Shown piece by piece: positions 24,062 to 38,069 of a DNA stretch of 64,000 bases; the stretch's first letter is position 1, and every line of letters begins with the position of its first letter. The translations under genes were made by a program, and so were the position numbers. The stretch spans positions 2,418,001 to 2,482,000 of the forward strand of contig CP075495.1 of assembly GCA_021613535.1 (NCBI GenBank), given 5' to 3'. This DNA is from Adineta vaga (taxonomy: Eukaryota > Animalia > Rotifera). The notes beneath the pieces are model-generated. The model was not told the origin of the DNA and made no database searches. It worked only from the letters and a program-made list of their open reading frames with translations.

Positions 24062-25546
24062 TCATCCATGGTGATACGGATTTGAGTGATGATTAAGTAA
24101 AGTAGATGATAGATGATTATGCATACGCATATTTCTTGTATATTCGTCTTCTATATGGTGATGTTGTGTTGGATACGGAGAATGAAATGGCATTGCATTA
24201 TCCTAAAAAAAAATAACAGAATGCAATCTTCTATACTATTCTATTATTATTGTTCTTACAATCGTTGAACGAACATTAAAATCACATGTTGATGGTGGTG
24301 GAAATGGTGAATAGAAAGCAGCAGCTGCTGCAGCAGCACTAGTAGCCGGATCGGTTGCCATCATAATACTTGTTGGCGATGATGTTGATGCATTGCTTCG
24401 ACCACCAAACATTTGATGAAATGACGATGATGACGTTGGATTGGTTGAAAATGACTTTGATCCCAAACGAGCAGATGATGAGAGAGAAATACTACCCGAT
24501 GATGATGAGTTATGGGATTGTTTACGAGCTTTTGCTCGTCGATTTTGAAACCATACCTAAAAATTATATCCAGTAATCATTAGACCATACATAAATATGA
24601 TTCATCATGACATGTGTGCATAGAGAAGTATCATTACGAAGAGAAAAAAAATGACACCTTAGCTCTATTGATTCTAAAGAAGTAGTCCATATGTCCAAGT
24701 TTTATTTAATTCATTGCCGCTATGATGCTGATTTCTTTTCTTTCCTATTTTTTTCAATGAACAGTTGTTCAAAACGACACGTCTCGATTCAAATTACAAG
24801 AGGAAGAAAAAAAGTGAAAGAATGTGCAAAAAAACGAACAAGAGTGTAATAGAGAGAAAGATGAGAACAAAACGCGTATTCGATGTGTGAAACAAGCGAT
24901 ATCCAATCTGAAAATAGAACCATCAAATGAACCGTGTTACTATAACAGACGGCATGTGATTTGAGTGGAAAATCAGTGTAAATGGATTCAGAAAATGTGC
25001 ACGCAAACAATTTTCATCTCTGCCTCAAGGGAAATGATAAATAGAAATTTTTTTGAAAAAAAAAGCGAGACAATTGTAATTTGAAATTGACTTTTTCTTT
25101 TCATGAGAATAACAGTAGATAATTACCTGTATACGAGCTTCATTTAATTTTGTTGTACGAGCTAATTCTTCACGTGAATATATATCTGGATAATGTCCTT
25201 TAGCAAAAGACGATTCAAGTTCATTAAGTTGTTCTTGAGTAAATGTTGTTCGATGTCGTCGACGAGCTGATGTATGATTACGTTGTTGAGTTTGTTGATG
25301 TTGATCGTGTGATGAACCAAACTGTTGCTGCTGTTGACTAAGAGACGCGATTGTTGATGTTGTAGACAAGGGTGGTGCTGAGAGAAATGGATTATTTGTT
25401 GGTGAACTATCATGTTGTTTTGTACGTTTGAATGCTCCAGTATTTACTAGAGAGAAAACAAAATAAAACAATTTAGTTAATAATTTCTAAAAATAATCAT
25501 AATAATAACTACATGAAGTAATTATATAGTTGCTATTCTCCAACAT
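24062..25546 (-). CDS. Prop-family paired-class (Q50) homeobox gene, divergent tandem copy A
   Basis: Homeodomain [46 protein letters not shown]|[13 protein letters not shown] with the PRD-class intron between Q46 and V47. Exon 1 (25546-25513) splices in frame to 25446. The last exon ends at TGA 24062. Confidence 0.85.
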
Positions 25547-26640
25547 TGTCTTGCTTTTTGTATCGTATAGATTCAGAGAATTTGATTACTGTGCTCTGGT
25601 AATCTTTCAACAAGATTGTCTTCTTTTTCTATCTTCTTTTTTTTTTGAATCGGTCGGACAACTCAAGTATTCGTCGTTCAATAAGAAAAGAGAAGAGAAA
25701 ACTTGCAATGGAAATGAAAAATGACAAGAAGAAAAAGAAGAAGAAGAAGAAGGGAAAGAAGAAGAAGGAAGAAAAATGAATGGTTGTATGGCGGATCTGC
25801 TCCGTTCAACATGATGATCAACAACCAATCGGCATGATGTTTTATGCATCATCATTTTGATCTCACATACATCTCGACAAATATACAAAGAAAAAAAAAC
25901 ATATCTACCAAGAATTTAGGTTGCAATCAACTAGCAATTGTTATTTGCGTGGGATGAAACGAGACATCAGATAATTACTTATTCAAAGATCAATTTCTAA
26001 GAAAACGAATAAACTATAGACATATACGTTACTTTGCTACATTCATATGCACAATTCAAACGCCGTTTTTTTCCATTCATATGTGGATGCATTTAATTAC
26101 GTTTACCATCATCAGTAATAAAAGTGTTCATCTAATGCTAGTTTGTTCTTTCTCCATCTCTTTATATAGATGTAGTATATTTTCTCTTTTTCTTTCTATA
26201 AGAAGAATGAAGTGGATCAAAATTAGATTTTTGTACTACTATAGAATTTGATTACTTCTAGTGCACACATTAGCAAGTGTGAAGAAAGTCGAAAAAAAAA
26301 GTTTTTTCACTAATCTACGAAATCATTGGAATTGAACTAATGTAACAATGAGAAATAAATAACATGGATCGCTATTTTCGTATATCATTCAATACATCGA
26401 GAGTAAATATCAAAGCATTAAAATATCTATTGAGCAATTTTTAATGTAAGAGTTAATATTGAATTAGATGTTAATATAACAATGAAATTAACTAAGTCAG
26501 ATAAGGAGAGAAGAGAAAAACTCATAAATTTCTCTTTTTTTCTCTTTGTAACGTTTTTTTTTGCTTTCTTTATTCAGAGAACAAAATGGCACAGACATAT
26601 ACACAAAGGGAATATTTTCACTGTTAGAAGGTAAGACAGA

Positions 26641-26667
26641 TACACACACACACACGCGCGCGCGCAC
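26641..26667. repeat. (CA)n(CG)n alternating purine-pyrimidine tract
   Basis: tacacacacacacacgcgcgcgcgcac lies directly after the stop codon of Prop copy B. Confidence 0.9.
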
Positions 26668-26670
26668 TGT

Positions 26671-28444
26671 TCAAGCCGGATAATGAAGCATTGATGTATG
26701 ATCGACACGAAATGAGGAGAGACTTTTATTGTACCAATCAGAATCTTGGAAAGATAATGGATTATCCTAGAAAATAAAATGAAAAAAAAGAATAAATGTT
26801 TTTTATGCTTATTTTTCGATTTGTACCTGTCGCATTCCTGCAGTTAGTGGTGAGAATTGTGAATATGCAACAGTCGATGATGGATATCGCATTTGATTTG
26901 AAACAACAGAATTTGTACCTATTGGCGTTGTTCCTGTTGAACCGTATTGATAAGGTCTTCCTGCTGATGTCTGATAGAAATTTCTCATCATAGCATTACA
27001 TGGTGATAGAACTGGTGATAGAGCTTTTTGTAATTGTTTTTCTTGTTTACGATATTTTGCTCTACGATTTTGAAACCAAACCTTTGGAAAAAAAACAAAA
27101 TAGATCGAGTCACGTTCATTTCTTTATGTTTTTCTTTTTGTCTTCATTGAGACTATTCATTAATACTATTTGTTGATAGATGCGTATTGAATTGTCAATG
27201 CACGAGCTAATCGATAGAAGACGAGAACGACAAGACTTGTCTTTTTCTCTCGTGTATTGATGTAGTCGTTTTCTTGTCGGTCGACTGCACATACTCATTA
27301 GAAATCTATTCTTACGCGACGACGGAGTTTGAACGCTTGATTCAATTATCAGACTATGTGTATATGGATGTAGTCGGCCTGTTCGTTCTCATCTTTTTCT
27401 TCTTCTTTCTTTTTCGGCTTGTCTTCTATAGGCAATGCTTCACTCGACATTTCCTCTTATGCTTGTCAATCATAAAGACATCTATGACATGTAGATGCGT
27501 GTAGGAAAAAGTTCTCCTATTTTTATTCGTAATACTAACTTGAATACGAGCTTCATTTAATTTTGTAATTCGAGCTAGTTCTTCACGACAATAAATATCT
27601 GGATAATGACTTTTACCAAAAGCTGTTTCAAGTTCAGCTAATTGTTCTTGAGTAAATGTTGTTCGATGTCGACGTCTTGCTGGTGTCGTACATTGACTTG
27701 CAGAATTCGATAATGAATGATGGGAAGATTGACTTGAATTTGTTGAATGTGTTGGTGAAAGATTATTAGGAGTATTTGAATGTGTTGATTGTAAATTAAG
27801 TGATGGCATAGATACATGTGGATAATGAGAATTATATGGTTGTAATTGATGATATGGATGAGCATTTAATAGAAGAGATTCATGTTTGATTTTTTTGAAT
27901 GCTCCACTATCGGATTGACCTAAATAATACGATTGACGAAAGTTATTTGTTGTAACATATAGATTAGTAACGTACCTGATGGATTTGACATAAATTGTAA
28001 ATTATTATTTGAAGATTGATTCATAAGATTAAATGATAATGATCCATTTGGTGTTGATGAGGGTGGTGGTGGTTGAGGTAAACAAGGAGGTGGCTGAGAT
28101 AACGTTCGATTTAGAGTATAGAAACTAGAATAAGGATCGTCAGCTGTATTGGATGGTAATTTGAATGGTGTTGGAATATTACGTTTTGAATCACATTCTG
28201 AATTGTCCGAATTATTTGTATTATTTGCTGCTATTGAAGCAAGACTTGCAGCTGTTAAGCCCGGTGTTGATGAGGATGAAGATGAAGATGCTGAGGATGC
28301 TGGTATTGATGTATCACAATCATTGTTTGTATTTGATGTATGATCATTATTATTGAATGTAGATGATTGTGAATATGCATTATTACTTGTTGTAATCGAT
28401 GAAGATGATAATCGATTTGTTGTATTATTGGTTAAAGTTGACAT
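26671..28444 (-). CDS. PROP1: Prop-family (Prophet of Pit-1-like) paired-class homeobox gene, conserved copy B
   Basis: Homeodomain [46 protein letters not shown]|[21 protein letters not shown] matches protostome Prop. The C-terminal exon has DSDWYNKSL. 4 coding exons. Confidence 0.85.
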
Positions 28445-29643
28445 TTTATTTGTATATGTGTTGATCAAAATTCAATTATTCTTTATTCATTGATAATGAT
28501 TATTATTATCTTAGTAAAAGGGAAGAAAAATGAATGAATGAGTGGTTAAAATATGATTTGCTCGTTTTCTTTTTTATTATTATATCATTATCAATATAAA
28601 GTAGTCTAGTTTTCTAAGACTCTTAATTTGAGGTGACTAATTTTGTTAGACGACAAATCAACACTTATAGTGATAATAACTTAGAGAAGAAAGAAAAAAG
28701 AAGCAGAAGAGTAATAAATAATTGACGAAGGCAGTAAGAATATATCGACAGCGGTAAAGAGAAGATGATGTACGTCCGATAAGTCGAATACGAAACGAAG
28801 GAGACAACTTCGTTAGGCAAGAAGAGAACTCGCAAAAGTTTTCAGCTAACGAATGAAATTTACTTCCATTAAGCTAATGTTGTTCCTACCCACATACACA
28901 CATATATTGATGTTCTTGAACATCGTAACATAGAAAGCTCTTGAGAATCAATGCATTTCTTTCTTTCTTTCTTTCTTTCTCTCTCTGTTAGCATCGCTTT
29001 TTTTCCATTTTTGTTTTATCATCCAATAGAAAATCTGCTGAATAAAAAAGATCGATTACTATTGGTAGAAGCATGTTGATGTTAATGAAGAAGAGAAAAA
29101 AAGTTGAGAAACAACTTATTTTTCAGTCTTTCTTTTGGTATGCAAAGGAAAAAAAAGAAAGAAAGAAAGAAAAAGAATCGATTGTTTTGTAAAACAAGTG
29201 TAGTATTGATGTTCATGTTCGATGAATTATTCGAGCAGATTTCGTACTCGTTAGGGTGCTACGACTGATCATCGATTCTCAGATGACAACGCCGATGAAC
29301 AAGTTGCATTAATTGAGCGATTGCCATAAGCGTTTCTCTTTCCCTATTCATCTGTTCAATGCAATGCTCGAGGCAGAAGTGTTAAAGATTCTCTTACTCA
29401 TTAGACCACCTACTGTGTACATTCGAAAAGGAAAAAAACTGCCAAATGGTAACTACTTTTTCTTTTTATAAATTTTGAAAAAGATGAAAATTGACATATA
29501 TATATCAGACGATCAATAAATAGGGCTTCTCATACAGTTATGTATCATTGATATTTGTAAATATGATAATGTATATTTCAATATAGCAAATCTATTCGAT
29601 ATTTTACTAGTAAACAAAAAACAAACAAAAAACAAGAATAGAA

Positions 29644-30183
29644 TCAAATGCCAGATCGATCCGGTGGTGGTTCAGAAAATTGCGGTGCACGACGTATCTT
29701 ATCTAATTTTGGTCTAAATGATATATAATCGAATATTAATTACTTTCTTAAGAAAATCTATAAGAAAAACTTACGTTGGTTTGAATAAAGCTGGATGTTC
29801 ATTAAACATCTCTGCTAATTGCTGTGTTTCCAAGCGAAAGTCTTTTTTCGTTACTTCTTTCTTATAAAACCGATTTTCATAATCTCGTTGAACTTGAACA
29901 TTGAATACATTACTGGTACTCTACAATTTCACATGAAAGTAAACCATTTCCATCATATTTTTCTTTTGCATACCTGTGCGAAACTCGAATCAGTTCGATC
30001 GATTGGTTTTGTATATTCGTATGGATGTGGTTTTTCTGGATGGTAACAAACAATATGACTTGTATCAGGTGCCATCGCAATACATGGATTTGGTAGATTA
30101 GTACTAGAATCTGACGATATACACGCCGACAACATTGTTGTTTTAGGTCGTGTTAGTAATCCTCGACATATGACTCGATACAT
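29644..30183 (-). CDS. MRPL42: Mitochondrial ribosomal protein mL42
   Basis: Presequence-like MYRVICRGLLTRPK, signature IVCYHPEKPHPYEYTKPI and C-terminal PPPDR. 3 exons. Confidence 0.85.
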
Positions 30184-30558
30184 AATCGAAATGTAATCAA
30201 TCTGGAAAAAGTCAATTAATCTATAATGTTATTGTATTCTTTTCTTTTTTTCTGAATAAAATGAGATGTATGCAAGTTAGACCAGGTATATGTAAAAAAA
30301 TGAACAGAGAAATAAACGAAACAACAAAAAGGGATGGAAGAGTATCATTTGAGATCCATAATCAACTATAACTTTTGTTTTTCTAATAAATTTTCAATGT
30401 TGAAAAGCAGAAACAAAAGAAGAAGAAGAAAATCAACAAAAAACATAAGATGCTGACATGTTGAAATAGCGGCAATAGAAAATAAATCGAACAATGAACA
30501 TGTTTCGCATCGTTTTGAAACACACACTAATTGACTAACATTCAAATGAACTATGATA

Positions 30559-31308
30559 TCATAGATCTTTTTTATTGGCATCTGCAGATGGTTTCATATA
30601 TTTGTCTTTGACTTCATTGATACGTTTGATAAATTCAGATTTTTCGATGAAATCAGCAGCTTCACCCCAGTCACTCAAGATCTTTTTTAAATCTTTTACT
30701 TTCAATTTGGCTAAATCAACGGCATTAACATCGATTTGTTTTTCTAAAAAAAACAACGAACAATCAAAATAAAATAAAGAATCAAACTTCCATTTTAATT
30801 TACTTACCATATTTAAGATCACATATTTGTGGATTAGTCTTGGATAATCGTTCTCCACAGATTTTTTCAGCTGGTATACCCCATGAAAGTGGCTTCGATA
30901 GATCACCAATAGCATAAGTAGCTGATGTTTCTAATGCACCGATATAGTAACACTAGATGAGAAAAGAAAAGATCTCTTATTTGATTTCTGTACTTATGTA
31001 TACGAATTCAAATATATTTACCAATCGATGTTCTTTTGTATCGACTTTAACTTTACTAGTACAGTATTTTTTAAATGCTTTTTCGATCTTTTCTGGACTA
31101 GTCTTTTCATCAGCTGTTAATGAGTCTGCAAATTGATTGATGGTTTTGATACATACTGAAAGAATATTAAATCATATGAAAATACACATACAACTACCGA
31201 GAAATTGTTACCTTCACAATATTGTTCGTCAACAGCTTTCTTTGATTGTACTGTTGATATTGTAAATAAAACAGCAAGAAAATATATAATATATGTATAA
31301 GATTGCAT
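30559..31308 (-). CDS. MANF: Mesencephalic astrocyte-derived neurotrophic factor (ARMET)
   Basis: Signal peptide, [54 protein letters not shown] and a C-terminal KKDL ER-retrieval-like signal. 4 exons. Confidence 0.93.
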
Positions 31309-31746
31309 GGTTTTAATGGAGTCAGTAAAATGTAATGGAAGGTTCGAGTGCACAATATATATAAAACGAAATGTACGATACGAATGGGATGATGTATTAT
31401 TATATTGTAAGTGCGTGGCGTGGCGGGAATAAGCAAGACAGAGAGTCTACCGTTGTCAGACAATTATTTGGTTAAAAATAGACCAATGAAAATTGCTACA
31501 AACTCCTTTACGAAAATGTCGCTAGTTTATGTTGGATTACTATGAGTCAATGCATACGCTGTTCAATAGACGTACAAAAGAGATATTAGCAAGTACAACT
31601 TGTTTATTATCAATATTTTACAGAAATATCATCAATCATCGTGTTGAATTTTATTTATCTTCGTCTATTTGATCTTTAATTCAAGATAGACGTCAGATGT
31701 TGAATTTTATTAAAGTAATTTGATCTGACTGAAAATATATACAAAG

Positions 31747-33085
31747 TTATGATCTCGATCGATCTCGACGATGACGATCACGATGGTCAGAACGATGAGA
31801 ACGTTGGCGATCCCGATCCCGTTCGTATTTTCGATCTCGATCTTGATCACGATTTCGGTCGTATATTCGGTCCCGATCACGATCTCGATCTCGATAATCA
31901 CGATGGTCACGATGATGGCCACGATCACGATCATCATAGTGACGACGTTTTTCGTCTACTTTATGTCTATTTGATGAAGACGATGCGCGTGGTTGTTTGT
32001 CTTGTTGTGCTTTCATCATTTTATGTTTTCTTTGTTTCTTATCATATTCCCATTTTGCTTTGGCAACACTTTGACTAAAATCGACATGTATACGTCGATC
32101 ATCAATAAGAACATTATCCATTTTGAAATAAGCTCGTTCAGCATCTTCTTCATTTTCATATTCAATGAATGCGTAACAAAGTGAATCACTGGTTTGCTTA
32201 TCTCGAACAATTTCACAGCTAAGAATTTCACCAAATCGACTAAATATGGTTTCTAGATCTTCATCAGTTGTTACCGGATTTAATTTACATACGAATAGAA
32301 CATTTTCAGGTGGTTTCATGTCAGCCTAACAAAAGAAACAAAGAACATACATTTCTTTTCAAAACGAAAAAGAAATAACATACTTCTGGTAAATCACCAA
32401 TCAATTCAAGAATTTGTGCACGTGCTTGTGCTTCTTTTTCTTCAATATAATCTTTAATTTCATCATCTGTTTTACCTTGTATTCGATCTTCTTCAAATAA
32501 TTCATCGAATCCAATCATAGAAGATTTCACACGTTCAATTGTCGGTGATGGTGAACGTTCCGGAATATCTAATGCTGATGGAATTTCAAATGGATTCGAT
32601 AGAATAACAGTATGAATGATTCGTATATCATGATAAGGTCGATAATCACGTCCAACAACAGCAATATTAATTTTATCTAATACATCCCATCCATCGACAA
32701 TTTCACCGAAAACTGTATGAATACCATCTAATGAATCAAGATTCGGTACTAATGTAAAGAAAAATTGTGAACCATGTTGATTATTGGTATTATTAACCAT
32801 TGAAATAGCACCACGTTTTCGATGTTTAATCATAGGTTTTTTTTCCATATCAAAATATTTCGCTTGTTCACCGTATAATTGTTGATAAATCGATTCTCCA
32901 CCTCGACCTGAACCAGTCGGATCACCTGTTTGAGCAATAAAATTTGTTTGAATCGAATGAAATAAACAGAAATTATAATATTTCATTTGACATAAAAAAA
33001 GAAAATTCTTCGATGTTACTGGCCGTTCTTCATAATATAAATCAACTGTAATATCACCCAATGTTGTTTCTAATACTACAGACAT
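31747..33085 (-). CDS. PPIL4: Cyclophilin-RRM protein PPIL4
   Basis: [57 protein letters not shown]...[14 protein letters not shown] and an RD/RS tail. One intron. Confidence 0.95.
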
Positions 33086-33455
33086 TTCACTTGCTTTTCA
33101 ATCTGGAATAAACGAAAGAGATTTTTTTAGAGTTTTATTTAAGTTTATTTTATTTCATTTTTTTGTTGAACATTCTTTTTTTGAGATTTTTTGAATTTTT
33201 TTTGAGCGTTTTTTTCTTACTTTGTTACATACTACAAGCGTATTTTATATACAACAGTTCAACGAAGAGAAGAAGAGAAAAAAAAGGAAAACAAAAGTAG
33301 TTTCAAGTAGAAAGGAAACACAGAGAAAGGAGAGAGAAGTTAAAGCATGCTTTTTTTGTTCCTTAAAATGGAAGAAGAAAAAACAAACAAATGGAATAAC
33401 GAAAGAAGAATACATCAAACAGCAAAAAAGCACAATGTATTGTTTTACGAAAATG

Positions 33456-35524
<2,069 letters not shown>

Positions 35525-36575
35525 GATTCGTTTTATAACATAACATCAAAGAATATGTTGAGTTTACTGCTAAACAAAAGAGTAATATTTATCTAAAATG
35601 ATGAAAGTTTCCGATAATCACAAGATATATATGACGACACGACAGATCGACTCGACTCGATTCTTTCTTTCCCTTCCGTCATTTTTCGAAATTCATCATA
35701 TAACTTGTTATTCTATCAACCAATCCGAATCATTTATCTAACCTCTATGTTTTTCATGATAACACACTTATGCATATTTATCGTTCAATGTAAGAGAAAA
35801 AAATTTTTTGTTAAAAGTTCATTTGAAAAACTTTTTCTATTCAATAAAAGTTTTTCTTAAATTCAAGAAACAAATGAAATAAAATAAATAGATGGGTCAT
35901 GTCAATATGTAGATAGTTTACTGAACATAAGGACATGCAGATGTTCAGTTAATATGATTAATTAACAAATTCCGTTTTTTCTTTTTTTTTGTCTCTCATT
36001 TTAGATGATCGAAGAAAACAAAAAGAAGTTGTGTTTCAAGCCAAAAATGCTTATTTACATTGTTCATTTGTAATAATGTTCAATCGATGGTAATTGAAAT
36101 AGACAAACGTTGAAATGTTCATCTCATGATTGATTATCAATGAAACTTCGTGTTATTTGCATTTACTTCGATTTTTAAGGTAAATGATTCATCACATTTG
36201 TTGCGTTTCTTTTTCAAGTATTTTATAATCACTTAACAGACAGTAACAAACAGTTATATCATCAATCATTTTGTTTTTGATTCTCATTATCTCTCTTACT
36301 TTATGATATAGAATTCTATTTTTATTTTCAAAACTTTAAGAAAAACAGAGTATCAAATATGACTCACAAACATGTGTAAGAATATTTTACCTAGTCGAAT
36401 AAAAATAAATTTGATGGGAAGAAAAACATTTCTTCTCTACAGAACAGATCAATTTTATGTTTTTTATGAATAAGTCCGGAAAGTATAGTACAAATAGCAA
36501 TGTTTTATTGAGTAATACAAAAAAGAGAAAAAAAACAAACGAAAAAAAGAACAACGACGTATAAATACAATAGCA

Positions 36576-36926
36576 ATGCATGCATTTAACCGATTACGTT
36601 CGAAAATACATCATGATTCTCATCATCAGACAAAAACGACTTCATCATTATCACCACCACCAGTAACAACAAGAAAATTTACAACACATTCGGATCCTTC
36701 GACAAGTGTCAATACTAATAATACCACACCTACTCAATCTATTAGCATCTCAGCACCTATTATTGATTGTCGTGACAAGGTTATAATTATCGACAAAGAT
36801 CAGTCGAATGAAAGTCCTAATGAAGAGCAGATATCAGTTGTAGACGACGACAACATCGACGTGCAAATAATCTCATCAGAAAAAACAGAAAAAATGTCTG
36901 GTGAATGTACACATCGAGATGATCAG
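36576..36926 (+). CDS. Probable alternative distal first coding exon of Ena/VASP
   Basis: ATG-initiated 117-codon low-complexity frame ending CAG|GTAGAT in phase 0, compatible with the acceptor at 38222. Confidence 0.55.
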
Positions 36927-38069
36927 GTAGATTAGAAGCAAAAACTGAAGGACAAAATAGAAGTTATTTCTCCTTGTTAATTAACGGAAATACCAGCATA
37001 CAAATTTTTTTCTCCTCTTCTTGTCTTCGATTCATCCTTGATCAATGCCCCTTGGCATTTACATTGGATACGTATTGAACTCAAGGATAATATCCATACA
37101 TATAAATAGATATTCTTTAGGAAAGGTAGAAGAAGAAAAATGTTAAACACTTCACTTTGTATAAATTGAGGTCATCACTTCATATAACTACTGGGATTTT
37201 GTTCCATAATACTATGAAGATGAAATAGTGCAAATATGCCGCCATTGGCAGACATACACACATATGCACACTCAGATAATTGATTGGCTTTTTTTAATCG
37301 GATTATTTGCCTTACATCCTGCCGAGAGTAGAAACAAAAGGGAAAGACGATGCACGTACGTTCTCGTTAATCGTTCACGTAGCATCTGTTATTTTGTTGT
37401 TATTCTATTGAAAATGATTTCGAAAAAACTGACAACTGAAAAATGAATCGATATATCTGTCGCTTGATGTTCTTCTCGATTACAGATTTCTTTTTTTCTA
37501 TTTCATCTATTAACCTCAATTAATATTAACATACAAACGTACATGAGAAATGAGCAAATTAATATTCGTTATACATCATCTTGTCTTTATTCGACATGAC
37601 CTTCTTCATGTCTCATGTGCATCAATCGATTCGATTGCACAAGATCTATCCTTGAAATTAAAACTATTACTAATAATATATATGTGTGTGTGTATGTATG
37701 TATCTATCACTTTCTTCTTTTTTTCTCCATACATACATGTATATATACATACAATAACACTTCGCAAATTTCTTTTTTTGCTAACTCTATATATGAACAA
37801 AACATATGCGAGTAATCATCAATATACATTGAGTCTATCGTACTTTATAAATAGCAGGAGATGAATACGACGATAAATGAGGAAAAAGGAATGCAGAGAA
37901 AGAAAGAATAGGGTGAAATATTTTCTTAGTGATGATATCACTATTGCATATGTCATTCGTTCTAGCTGATATTATTCTTAGTATTCACATGTACATGCAC
38001 ACTTACATATTATTCGCGATTGCGTCAAGTGGAAAAGAATAAGTAAGACGAGCTTATTTTGGTATCAAG

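Noticed and set aside
28600-28700. TAAT-N3-ATTA-like autoregulatory sites upstream of Prop
   Set aside because: Only imperfect matches, which are expected by chance at this AT content.
31710-32234. Several overlapping ORFs with D/H-rich or I/T-rich repeats
   Set aside because: They are alternative-frame and antisense shadows of the PPIL4 RD/RS repeat tail.
35920-35949. 9-bp inverted repeat ACTGAACAT...ATGTTCAGT between PAP and Ena
   Set aside because: Too short to distinguish from chance in AT-rich DNA. No ncRNA features.
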